Of a stretch of DNA of 64,000 nucleotides, positions 52,406 to 61,313 are shown one piece after another. This stretch comes from a bacterium. GTDB lineage: Bacteria; Patescibacteriota; Minisyncoccia; Phycocordibacterales; UBA6899. The stretch covers positions 6,576 through 70,575 of the forward strand of contig JAYTWK010000015.1 in NCBI GenBank assembly GCA_043743715.1, given 5' to 3'. Both the position numbers and the translations under genes were made by a program. Numbering within the stretch: position 1 is the stretch's first letter; the number at the start of each line of letters is the position of its first letter. The notes below the pieces were generated by a model. That model saw only the letters and a program-made list of their open reading frames with translations. It was not told the origin of the DNA and searched no databases.

Positions 52406-53732
52406 GCATACATTCATGTTGACAATTAGTAGTGCAGTTCTTGCCATGCTTTTTTTTGCATTATTTTTTCTCTCTACATCGACTGTTGCTGAAGCACAGG
52501 ATGCTTCGTCGACTGCCGGGTTACCAAGTGCCGTCTCCTCTCGCATCGATGAACTTAAGCAAAACATCTCCGGCCACACCGGTCAGATTAAGCAGCTCGA
52601 AGCAGAAATAGCGGAATATAAAAACAAGCTTGTGGATGTCGGTAATCAGAAGAAGTCTCTACAGGGTGCCGTACAGTCGCTCGACCTGACGCGAGCGAAG
52701 CTCGTTGCTGATACCAAGCTCACGCAGGTGAAGATATTGCGCGCGACTGACTCTATCACCTCACTCTCGACCAACATTGTCAGCAAGCAAGACCATATCG
52801 ATCAGGACAAGAGACTTATCGGCGACATCATACACAAAATTGATCAGGCAGACAACAACACCATGTTCGAGCGCATGCTCGGCTCTGAGAGCATCTCAGT
52901 CTTCATTCAAGACTCGGAAGACCTTGGGAGGCTGCAGACAAGCATTCGCAACGGCATCACCAGCCTCGAACGCTTGAAGAGTGAGCTCGGCAATCAACGC
53001 TCGGACGCACAGAAACAGCAGAAACAACTCCTCGGACTCAAGACACAGCTTGCTGACCAGAAGCAACTCGCAGATGAGCAGCGTAGAGAACAGGCGCAGC
53101 TTTTGGTCGATACCAAGAATCAAGAATCGAATTACACAAAGCTACTGGCGGATAAGCAGAGACGAAAAAAGCAATTCGTGAAAGAGGTCGACGACTTTGA
53201 AGCCCAGCTACGCGCGGTCATAGACCCGAACACATTTCCTAAACCTGGCACCAAGGTGCTCATCTATCCCTTAGATGACGTACGCATCACGCAGAAATTC
53301 GGCAAGACCGCCGACTCAGTGAGACTGTATGCGGCAGGCACACACAACGGAATGGACTTCGCCGCGTCTCCCGGTACTCCTATCAAAGCTTCCGCCGACG
53401 GTACTGTTGCAGGTACCGGCAACACCGACGATGCATGTCGAGGCGCGTCATATGGACGCTGGGTCATGATCAGGCACCCAAACGGCCTTGCAACTTTGTA
53501 TGGACACCTGCAGCTCATTAAAGTTGGCAAAGGTCAGCAAGTGAACGCCGGTGATATCATCGGCTACAGCGGGGCTACAGGCTATGCAACCGGGCCGCAT
53601 CTGCACCTCACCGTACTCGTTTCGAGCGTCGCACAGATAGTAGATTTGCCGAGCAAGACTTGTCCGGGAGCAATATTCCATATTCCTGTTTCTCCTGCCA
53701 ATGGATATCTTGATCCTCAGTCTTACTTATAA
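52392..53732 (+). CDS. Coiled-coil M23 peptidoglycan endopeptidase (EnvC-like)
   Basis: Signal/TM segment, long coiled coil, HNGMD, YGHL, TGPHLH. Confidence 0.9.
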   Translation: MRTSKHTFMLTISSAVLAMLFFALFFLSTSTVAEAQDASSTAGLPSAVSSRIDELKQNISGHTGQIKQLEAEIAEYKNKLVDVGNQKKSLQGAVQSLDLTRAKLVADTKLTQVKILRATDSITSLSTNIVSKQDHIDQDKRLIGDIIHKIDQADNNTMFERMLGSESISVFIQDSEDLGRLQTSIRNGITSLERLKSELGNQRSDAQKQQKQLLGLKTQLADQKQLADEQRREQAQLLVDTKNQESNYTKLLADKQRRKKQFVKEVDDFEAQLRAVIDPNTFPKPGTKVLIYPLDDVRITQKFGKTADSVRLYAAGTHNGMDFAASPGTPIKASADGTVAGTGNTDDACRGASYGRWVMIRHPNGLATLYGHLQLIKVGKGQQVNAGDIIGYSGATGYATGPHLHLTVLVSSVAQIVDLPSKTCPGAIFHIPVSPANGYLDPQSYL

Positions 53733-53768
53733 AAGTGTTTTTATGAACTTACTCATCCTCAATAATTT

Positions 53769-53948
53769 ATGATTATCCGTATCCTCATCGCCTTCGTCAT
53801 CTTTGCAGGACTCGCATACTATTTTAATATCGACGTGCGTACTGTGGTCGATAAGAGTGGCGTCCCTGCCTGGCTTGCCGAACACGGCGTGAGGACCAGT
53901 GCCACGAGCTCAGGCGTATCAGCAACAAACGCATCGCAAGGCCTATGA
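53769..53948 (+). CDS. Small membrane protein, 59 aa (not in the ORF track)
   Basis: MIIRILIAFVIFAGLAYYFNIDVR...; ATGA overlap with the downstream NUDIX gene. Confidence 0.65.
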   Translation: MIIRILIAFVIFAGLAYYFNIDVRTVVDKSGVPAWLAEHGVRTSATSSGVSATNASQGL

Positions 53949-54400
53949 TCTGGCAACTGCTCTACGAACTCGCGCACACTCTACGACGTATCTATTGGTT
54001 TATCGTCCATCCAAACACACGCGGGGTGAAAGTGGTCATCTTGCATGAAGGCAAATACCTGTTCATAAAACACGGCTATGGAGTAAAACGCTGGACACTT
54101 CCGGGCGGCGGCATCAAGAAGAGCGAGACACCCGAAGCAGCTGCCAAGCGCGAAGTATGGGAAGAGGTCAGACTTGATCTCCATGCACTGCGTCCGATAG
54201 GAAGTTTTGTCACCACACTCGAATATAAGCACGATACGGTGCACTGCTTCTTCGCGACCACATTGCGCGAGAAGCCAATACTCCATCGCGGTGAAGTCAT
54301 TGCATACGGCTGGTTCCCCAAGAACGATCTGCCAAGTGATATCTCTATGAACTCAAGGAAGACGTTTGAACTACTTGAAGCGTACTCACACAAGAACTGA
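53945..54400 (+). CDS. NUDIX hydrolase
   Basis: LPGGGIKKSETPEAAAKREVWEE. Confidence 0.9.
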   Translation: MIWQLLYELAHTLRRIYWFIVHPNTRGVKVVILHEGKYLFIKHGYGVKRWTLPGGGIKKSETPEAAAKREVWEEVRLDLHALRPIGSFVTTLEYKHDTVHCFFATTLREKPILHRGEVIAYGWFPKNDLPSDISMNSRKTFELLEAYSHKN

Positions 54401-54488
54401 TTTCGCTTTCTGAACAAAGAATCTCACATGAAACGCGTAGTCCATACAGTGCCTTGTGCGACATAAATCTACCTGTTAAGATTGCTCT

Positions 54489-55124
54489 ATGGGGGCAAAC
54501 ATTAACTGGACTGAGGAAAAAATCGCAAACGGTTTTGCGCGATTTATCGAAGAGCATGGTCATGCTCCCACCTCACGCGAAATCGATACCTATCCGCACT
54601 TGCCGTCATCACGACAGATTCAACGGCGTTATGAGGGAGGGTTGCCAGCACTGCGTAAACGCTTACAGCTCGCGGGGCCGGAAGACTTCACAAAAGGCGC
54701 TTATAGTTCAGAGCGCGCACGTACTATTAATAAACGCGCTCACCATCTTGAAAAAGAAGTGTGTGACTATCTGGTGGGAAGATTCGGAAAGCCCTATGTC
54801 CATAGGGAATACTTTTTTATCGACGATCGACGAACAAGAACGGACTTTTTCATATATTGTAAGAACGGTAATTTTTGTGTTGATGTATTTTATCCCAAAG
54901 ATCGACATAATCTGATCAATTGCCTCAACAGCAAAATGCGCACATATGGATATGCAGCTATGCTCGAATTCCCGGTCATATTTTTAATGATGAACCATGA
55001 AATCAGTGGGGCGGAGGTCACGCAAATAATCGAGCAAAAGAAGAAGAAACTACACTTGAAGCAACATGTCATGACGTATGAAAGATTCAGGAAGTATGTG
55101 GAGACAAAAATGCCGCTTGATTAG
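54489..55124 (+). CDS. Hypothetical protein: homing-endonuclease-associated-repeat-like N-terminus plus PD-(D/E)XK-like domain
   Basis: WTEEKI...F..EHG.APT..E......LPS repeat pattern; E...REY...RTDFF...VDVF. Confidence 0.5.
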   Translation: MGANINWTEEKIANGFARFIEEHGHAPTSREIDTYPHLPSSRQIQRRYEGGLPALRKRLQLAGPEDFTKGAYSSERARTINKRAHHLEKEVCDYLVGRFGKPYVHREYFFIDDRRTRTDFFIYCKNGNFCVDVFYPKDRHNLINCLNSKMRTYGYAAMLEFPVIFLMMNHEISGAEVTQIIEQKKKKLHLKQHVMTYERFRKYVETKMPLD

Positions 55125-55275
55125 TAGGTGTGAGTAAAACGTTATGTAGTATACTTATTATAAGCAAATGTCGTATAACGTATCTGATAAAAAGATATAT
55201 TGTGCGACGCATTGGCAAAGAGAAGCTGCAAGCCCGTAAGCTTGCTTTGCTTCTATTCCCTACATTGCCGTGTAC

Positions 55276-55908
55276 TTATTCCGGTACTGTTTTTTGTCTT
55301 TCGAGTTTGTCGTAACGAGCCATAAGTTCTGCGGTCTCTAAAATGTGTCCGGTCATTTTTGCTTCAACATCGGCTTTTGATGCCCCTGCCGGAATATCTA
55401 ATTTTCGGTCCAAGGCATAGAGTTTGAAGAAATACCGGTGCTCACGGTCCGGCGGACACGGACCGATGTATCCGGGCTTGCCGGCGCCATTTAACCCCTG
55501 AATGCCTACTAACGTCGATGAGGCTGATACTCCAGAGACCTTCGGGTCGATGTTGTAGACTACCCAATGCACGAACATGCCGTCGGGTTTGATCGATGTC
55601 GGAACATCAGGGTCATCTACAATGAGCGCAAGTGTGACCGTACCAGCCGGGACATTAGACCAAGCGAGGTCGGGATTGGCATTAGCCGCATCACATGTGT
55701 AGAGGCTTGGTATCATCTGATTCTGTCCGAATGCGCTGCTGGTGATGTTCATGGTTGTTGTTTGTGCGGATGGTTGTACTTGTTGTTGCGCCGGCGTACG
55801 ATTTTGCGACTCATGCATGTTCTCCGCCTTATTATTATACAACGTTAGTACATATAGAGTCAAGAGTACTATACATGCGATTCCAACAATTATATATGTA
55901 TTTTTCAT
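55276..55908 (-). CDS. YbhB/YbcL (PEBP/RKIP) family protein
   Basis: DPD, FVHWV, YIGPCPP..HRYFFKLYALD. Confidence 0.92.
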   Translation of the reverse strand: MKNTYIIVGIACIVLLTLYVLTLYNNKAENMHESQNRTPAQQQVQPSAQTTTMNITSSAFGQNQMIPSLYTCDAANANPDLAWSNVPAGTVTLALIVDDPDVPTSIKPDGMFVHWVVYNIDPKVSGVSASSTLVGIQGLNGAGKPGYIGPCPPDREHRYFFKLYALDRKLDIPAGASKADVEAKMTGHILETAELMARYDKLERQKTVPE

Positions 55909-55971
55909 ATAAAGTTTGTTTTACTATCCTTCTCCACAATTACCGATATAAGCGACAACAAAAATTGGTTC

Positions 55972-56721
55972 TCATTCTTTCGGCCAGCTCAACTGTTCGT
56001 CGGCACGGGGCTTGGTCTTAAGGACCAAGGTGCGATTCTCGGCGTCATATTCATCGTACCTCGCTTCTGCCTCTCCCCTTTCCCTGCCGCCTTCCACGTG
56101 ACGCTTCACGGTGTGTGCGCGCAGCGACGCGGCATCATCGTCGAGAAAATAACTATGGTCATAAAGTGCCGGCAAATCCTTCCACCCAGTCCCGCCATAC
56201 AAGAGCCACAGACCCTCTATCAGCATAAGTGCAGGTCCCTCGGGTACCTTTATCACTCCCTGCATCGGCTCGTGCAGTTTACGCGAATAGACCGGCAGTC
56301 TTAAACTGGTACCGTTCTTAAAGTCTTCAAGATCTCGCAGAAGTGCGGGTACATCATAGGTATCGTAGCGGCCCTTCACATCTTTCAAAGTCTCTTCCTC
56401 TTCCCCTGCTTTTGTCTGCGAGAGATACTCATTCGGAAAATGATAAGCGTCGATAGAGACAGGAACGATGCGCACACTCTCGTCTATCTGCTTACCGATA
56501 GTTTCTGCAAGTATTGAGAGATATGACTTCCCGCTCCCTGAAGGGCCGACGATGGAGACAATCTGTCTGCGCTGTTCACCATCGCCAGTACTCTCCTTCT
56601 TATAATTCGAAATGAGTCTTTCGGTAAAACGAATGACAAATTCTTTCCTCTCCACACTTAAATGTGTGCAGTCGATTTCCTGCTCGGTAACGATGATGTG
56701 GTCGGGAAATTCGATGTTCAT
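55972..56721 (-). CDS. P-loop kinase (uridine/pantothenate kinase-like, YggC type)
   Basis: GPSGSGKS, IDAYH, KGRYDTYD, PVYSR..HEP, IEGLWLL. Confidence 0.8.
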   Translation of the reverse strand: MNIEFPDHIIVTEQEIDCTHLSVERKEFVIRFTERLISNYKKESTGDGEQRRQIVSIVGPSGSGKSYLSILAETIGKQIDESVRIVPVSIDAYHFPNEYLSQTKAGEEEETLKDVKGRYDTYDVPALLRDLEDFKNGTSLRLPVYSRKLHEPMQGVIKVPEGPALMLIEGLWLLYGGTGWKDLPALYDHSYFLDDDAASLRAHTVKRHVEGGRERGEAEARYDEYDAENRTLVLKTKPRADEQLSWPKE

Positions 56722-56798
56722 ATGTATATTCTATCAGTTCTTTAAAATTCTGAGTTAGGCTAGCGGATTCCTCCTTTTTTGTTATACTCGAATCTACT

Positions 56799-56869
56799 CG
56801 GGCTATCGGATAGTGGTAGTCTACATGCATGGGGTGCATGTGGCGGCAGTTCGATTCTGCCTAGCCCGA
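56799..56869 (+). tRNA. tRNA-Pro(GGG), CCA not encoded
   Basis: Acceptor CGGGCTA/TAGCCCG, anticodon arm CATGC-ATGGGGT-GCATG, T arm GGCAG-TTCGATT-CTGCC. Confidence 0.93.
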
Positions 56870-56934
56870 CAAGTCAACAGTCGCCAAACAAGCAGTTCTA
56901 GCATGCAATGGGGTGTCTATATTCATTACTGGGA

Positions 56935-56961
56935 CGGCAGTTCGATTCTGCCTAGCCCGAC
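56935..56961 (+). repeat. Exact 27-bp duplicate of the tRNA-Pro 3' end
   Basis: CGGCAGTTCGATTCTGCCTAGCCCGAC is identical to 56844-56870. Confidence 0.9.
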
Positions 56962-57144
56962 TGGAAGGAGGTGCTAAGAAAGCGTAGCTTTCGCGGCAGA
57001 ATCGAAAAGCGCAGTCATGTTGAGGCTTTGCGAAACGAACGAGCTGGGGTCGAGAGTACTTAGGATTTTTCCGTGCAAGTAACGGAAAAAGACTTAGTAA
57101 CTCGTGACCGATCTGCTTAATGCCGAAGTTTTGCCAGTATAAAA

Positions 57145-57671
57145 TCACTGCATTTCTTTGCAGGCAGCAGCAGGATGATAGCCTTTCGCGATCGCTTCCT
57201 CGACGCTTGCGAACCAAACTTTATTTGCATCTTTGATGCGTTTTACCCCGCCGCAGGTCGGGAGGTAGTAGGAACGACCCGAGCGAGAACCTACATACAT
57301 TGCTTTCTCTCCCGTCGTCTCCCCTGCCCCAGCCGGGTTATTAGGAGTACTCCTGGCATTTGAAACTGTGGCTGTAGCTTGAGTTATTTTGATGCTTGGG
57401 AGTTTATTTTGCCCTGAATCGCCCTTAGCAATATGATACGCGAGGAAGCCGGAGACTGAAATCAGGCCTATAAATATGAATATAAAGATATCCCGAGGCA
57501 TGTCAGGCAAAGTCTTGACCCCGTTAGAGATCGCGTGCACATAATCTTTACTTTTATTCATATTTTACGCCTTATTTTCAGGTTTTCAGACCAATACCAT
57601 TTGTTTTCCACATTTGCATGCGCACTATCTCTAACGGGGTTGATTTTATCGCTCATATCTGTTACTCTCAT
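57145..57671 (-). CDS. Membrane-anchored protein with Ada-type Zn-binding domain; 5' end interrupted by the 57519-57639 element (intact frame from 57561)
   Basis: YVGSRSG..YYLPTC..VKRI...NKVWF.S.EEA...GY.PA..C; removing the element and one TSD restores MRVTDMSDKIKTLPD. Confidence 0.8.
57519..57639. mobile_element. 121-bp MITE-like element with 13-bp terminal inverted repeats
   Basis: CCCCGTTAGAGAT ... ATCTCTAACGGGG, flanked by TTGA direct repeats (57515-18, 57640-43). Confidence 0.75.
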
Positions 57672-57684
57672 GTGACGCTTCTTC

Positions 57685-57810
57685 AGAGAACCTGAGGAAA
57701 CGAATGAAATACGAGGCATGGAGAAAATGATGAGGAAAGCATATTCCTATATGTTGACCGAATCATAGAGGCTCCATAACGAAGTAGTTCGTCGTTTGCG
57801 CAGGTTCTCT
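57685..57810 (+). repeat. Long imperfect hairpin element, copy B
   Basis: AGAGAACCTG...GAATGAAATACGAGG...AACGAAGTAGTTCGTC...CAGGTTCTCT; closely related to copy A. Confidence 0.8.
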
Positions 57811-57838
57811 ACGGGTATACTACGAGTAATATAACAAT

Positions 57839-58114
57839 ATGGCAACAAAAAAATCAGGAGGTTCAACAAAAAATAACCGAGACTCACAACCAAAGTATCT
57901 TGGCACCAAGCTTCATGACGGCCAGAAAGTATTTGTCGGCAACGTCATCGTGCGCCAGCGTGGCACCAAAGTCACCGCAGGTGCACATGTGAAAGTCGGA
58001 AAGGATCACACACTTTACGCACACAAGGCAGGCAAGATTGTCTTCAAGACCATCCGCAAGACCCGCTTCGACGGCAAAGTCGTCATCCGTAAGCAAGTCT
58101 CTGTCGCTCTGTAA
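57839..58114 (+). CDS. rpmA: 50S ribosomal protein L27
   Basis: [22 protein letters not shown]. Confidence 0.97.
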   Translation: MATKKSGGSTKNNRDSQPKYLGTKLHDGQKVFVGNVIVRQRGTKVTAGAHVKVGKDHTLYAHKAGKIVFKTIRKTRFDGKVVIRKQVSVAL

Positions 58115-58153
58115 ATACAACAGACAAAAGTCACTAATACGAGCAGACCATAT

Positions 58154-58192
58154 AAAAAATACCCACAGACACTAGTCTGTGGGTATTTTTTT
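58154..58192. terminator. Bidirectional terminator
   Basis: AAAAAATACCCACAGAC-ACTA-GTCTGTGGGTATTTTTT. Confidence 0.88.
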
Positions 58193-58221
58193 ACACTTGA
58201 ATAAGTGAGAGCAGTCGCTCT

Positions 58222-58380
58222 TCAACTTCTTCCCACGCCAATAATGAGCGCGTCGCCTTCCTGTGAGATGAGTACCTCCCCTCCCTCATGTAGCGAGAGC
58301 CCGGAGGCGAGTGACTTCGGCAATCGTACTGCCAAACTATTTCCCCACTTTTGTACCCTCTTTTGTACCCTGGTTGTCAT
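58222..58380 (-). pseudogene. Truncated orphan AbrB/MazE antitoxin
   Basis: VQKWGNSLAVRLPK motif; 12-bp tandem duplication (RVQK RVQK); no toxin gene follows. Confidence 0.7.
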
Positions 58381-58402
58381 ATGTATATACATGTATATAC
58401 AT
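58381..58402. promoter_or_regulatory. 22-bp perfect palindrome, probable mazE-type operator
   Basis: ATGTATATACATGTATATACAT directly upstream of the antitoxin ATG. Confidence 0.6.
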
Positions 58403-58788
58403 CGAATTTGTCTGGCAATCACAAATCCAATATGACATTTCTCAACGAGAAAGACTGTTGTGATTACGAAACCCAACCATTTACTAACTCCGCTGATAGG
58501 CAAAGTTAGTAAATATCACCCCACTGTCTTAACAAACCTCCAAGTCCACTCTGTTCCATATCCAAGCACAGCCCTTGGATATGCTTGATTAAGATTACTA
58601 TTTATTGAGCACTCCCCCCTCGCTAAAACCCTGTGCCAAAGAATCCTAGCAATGGTAAATTGACTGCTTCGATTACAACACGAAAATCTGTTTTTTGGAG
58701 GGTCTGACCCCTATTCCTCAGTTCTACGGCTTAACCACAAGCTGGAATGGTCAAATTAAGCCACGATTTTTGTATATTATGCCCCAAA

Positions 58789-58820
58789 ATAAGACCACTC
58801 ACATCAATGAGTGGTCTTAT
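58789..58820. terminator. Terminator downstream of rplI
   Basis: ATAAGACCACTCA-CATCAA-TGAGTGGTCTTAT. Confidence 0.8.
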
Positions 58821-58822
58821 AA

Positions 58823-58945
58823 AAACTTTCAGATTTAGATGCAATGCGAAGTCCTGGACGGAGGCTGTATTTGAGAAGCTGCACTAGAGTACTGCTTCCA
58901 AACCCGTCGAAGGAAGGACAAGCAGAGCGCCAAATGTGGAAGTTT
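58823..58945 (+). repeat. Long imperfect hairpin element, copy E
   Basis: AAACTTTC..TTTAGATGCAATGCGAAGTCCT...AGGACAAGCAGAGCGCCAAAT..GGAAGTTT. Confidence 0.65.
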
Positions 58946-59387
58946 ACTCAGCTTCGATGATGACTTTGAACTTCGCAGTCTTCTCTCCCACCTTCGCATC
59001 AACCTCAAATTCTCCGAGCTGTTTGAGTGGCTTCTCAAGATCGATGTGTGCCGACTCGATTGCTGCGCCGATGGCCTTGCCGAGCGCCTCCGCGAGATCG
59101 TGCTGGGTGACGCCTGCATAGAGGTGACCCTCTTCGTTGGCTGCACGCTTGACGATGACAATCGTGTCAGAAACGCCGTCGAGCGCCTTCTGGAGCACAT
59201 CGTGCTGCTTCTTTGCCTCACTCTCACGCTTCTTGGCGAGCTCTGCGACGCGTCGAGCTGACGACTTGGTGACCATCTCTCCTAAGCTCCTGGCAATAAT
59301 GAAATTACGCGCATAGCCCGGAGCGACATCGACGATTTCATACTTCTTGCCGACGTTCTTCACATCGGAAGTTAAAATAACCTGCAT
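58944..59387 (-). CDS. rplI: 50S ribosomal protein L9
   Basis: MQVIL..DV..VGK, GYARNF, LYAGVT. Confidence 0.96.
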   Translation of the reverse strand: MQVILTSDVKNVGKKYEIVDVAPGYARNFIIARSLGEMVTKSSARRVAELAKKRESEAKKQHDVLQKALDGVSDTIVIVKRAANEEGHLYAGVTQHDLAEALGKAIGAAIESAHIDLEKPLKQLGEFEVDAKVGEKTAKFKVIIEAE

Positions 59388-59431
59388 AACGTAATACGTA
59401 TTTAGTTCGTATAAGACATCCTTCGAAACAC

Positions 59432-59557
59432 GAAAGTCGATATTCGGCGCATTGCTTCGTTATCGATTTCACAAGGTCTCGGAGCAGTAGTTTTATCTAC
59501 AGCCCACTTCGACACTTGCTCATCGATGCCTCGCACTGCATCCAAATCTCGACTTTC
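59432..59557 (-). repeat. Long imperfect hairpin element, copy F
   Basis: On the - strand: GAAAGTCGA..TTGGATGCAGTGCGAGGCATCGAT...ATCGATAACGAAGCAATGCGCCGAA..TCGACTTTC. Confidence 0.75.
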
Positions 59558-59805
59558 TTGAGACTTTCTTAGGTAAATGAGTATGACGAGTACCCAACTG
59601 CGTGAGGCCTAGTATACCTATATTATAGAAAATGGCAATACAATGCTGTTGAAAGCTAAGAAAAAGGGGCTCCTTTCGGGCCCCTGTGGTTGACTGTTGG
59701 ACTGACTTTTCCGTGCGTACCGATACGCCCCTCTTTCAAGGTGGCGACGGCAATAAATATACTAAGAAAAAGACCGCCTTGAGTCAAGCTGCCTTTTCTT
59801 TTGGT

Positions 59806-61203
59806 TTACTTAACAGGAGTGACTGCCGGACTCGTCGTCGCGGTGTCCTGCTTCGGGATGATACCGGTTTTAAGTATCTTTATTGCCGCCTCGAGCTGAG
59901 GGTCGCGACCGGCCTCGACATCTTCCTTAGTGATATCAATCTTCACATCCGGGTCGATGCCGCCTGCCGAAAGATTGGTGCCGTTTGGAGTGATCCAGCG
60001 TGCGATGGTGACCTTCAGCGATGTGTCTTTGGTGATAGGCACGAGTTCCTGAACTGATCCCTTGCCGAAACTCTTGGTGCCAACCAGTGTCGCAACTCCT
60101 TGTTGCGAAAGCGCACCAGCTAAAATTTCCGCAGCGGACGCAGAGCCTCCGTCAATCAGCATCACCACATCGAGTTTCCCAAGTTTCTGATTGAGCACGT
60201 CGACGTAGCCCTTGGAACGGAAGACCTCTCCGATGCCAGTCTTCTCTTCTTCGCTCACAATGACTTTGCCTGATGGGAGGAACCAGCTTGCGATATCGAC
60301 CGCAACTTCGAGATATCCGCCAGGATTGCCGCGCACATCGATAACGAGTTTGTGATCTCCAGAATCGACGAATTCTTTGAGAGCGTTTCTGAAGAGATCA
60401 GCACCGGTTGCAGGGAATCCGTACAAGTGAATAACAAACACGTCACCCTTCTTCTCGGTGTCGATAGTAGGTACCTGTATGACTTCGCGAATAACTGTGA
60501 ATTCAAGCGGCACCTTCGAGCCTTCGCGTATCATGGTGAGGTGCACAGGCTTGCCTATCTCGCCGCGGATGAGGTAGAGCGCCTTGTCGACGTCCATATT
60601 GGTCGTTGTTGCATTGTCTATTTTGTATATCCGATCGCCCTTCTTGATGCCGGCCTTCTCAGAGGGTGAACCCTTAAGTGGAGCGATGACCGTGATGACC
60701 CCATCTTTGACTCCTATCTGCATGCCGACACCACCGAAGCTGCCGGTGACGTTCTGCTCGAAGATAGATTTCTCTTCGGGGGGCATGAAATAGGTGTATG
60801 GGTCGCCAAGCGAATTGGCCAGACCTCCGATAGCGCCCCAGAGCTTCTCCTGATTCGAGACAGCTTTGTGCTTGGTTGGGACATATTTCTCATTGATGAC
60901 ATTCCAAGCTTTCCAGAACTGCTCGAAGTCCGCGTCGCTTAAGCCCTTGTCAGTGATGCCGTCGCGACTTAAGATACACGGCACTTCTGCGCCCTTCGCA
61001 TCCATACAAGTACCAAGGTCTGAAGATGAAGATGTAGCGGTGGAGGCAGGCTGTGCGGTATGAATGGCACCAACCACCTTGTCGACTTCTTTGCCGCTCC
61101 TGTTTCCCACCATAACTCCGCCTAAGAAGAGGAGTGCGCCGACGATCACAAGAAAGATGATATGTGAAGAATTCTTGCCGGAGATCTTTTCGAGAAATTG
61201 CAT
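59806..61203 (-). CDS. C-terminal processing protease (S41, PDZ)
   Basis: LGDPYT, GVGMQI, DVRGNPGG, SASAAEI, SFGKGSVQ. Confidence 0.93.
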   Translation of the reverse strand: MQFLEKISGKNSSHIIFLVIVGALLFLGGVMVGNRSGKEVDKVVGAIHTAQPASTATSSSSDLGTCMDAKGAEVPCILSRDGITDKGLSDADFEQFWKAWNVINEKYVPTKHKAVSNQEKLWGAIGGLANSLGDPYTYFMPPEEKSIFEQNVTGSFGGVGMQIGVKDGVITVIAPLKGSPSEKAGIKKGDRIYKIDNATTTNMDVDKALYLIRGEIGKPVHLTMIREGSKVPLEFTVIREVIQVPTIDTEKKGDVFVIHLYGFPATGADLFRNALKEFVDSGDHKLVIDVRGNPGGYLEVAVDIASWFLPSGKVIVSEEEKTGIGEVFRSKGYVDVLNQKLGKLDVVMLIDGGSASAAEILAGALSQQGVATLVGTKSFGKGSVQELVPITKDTSLKVTIARWITPNGTNLSAGGIDPDVKIDITKEDVEAGRDPQLEAAIKILKTGIIPKQDTATTSPAVTPVK

Positions 61204-61313
61204 GAGACCCATTATCGCAGATAACCAGGAAGCAGACAAATAAGATTCGCAAAATTCATAAAAAATGACCGCACCCACAGAAAGTGAGTGCGGCCTTTGA
61301 CCGACGGAGAACT

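Noticed and set aside
58870-58930. GAAGGAAGG..AGCAG resembling SRP RNA domain IV
   Set aside because: The conserved CAGG..GGAA..AGCAG geometry is absent; the region fits hairpin family copy E better.
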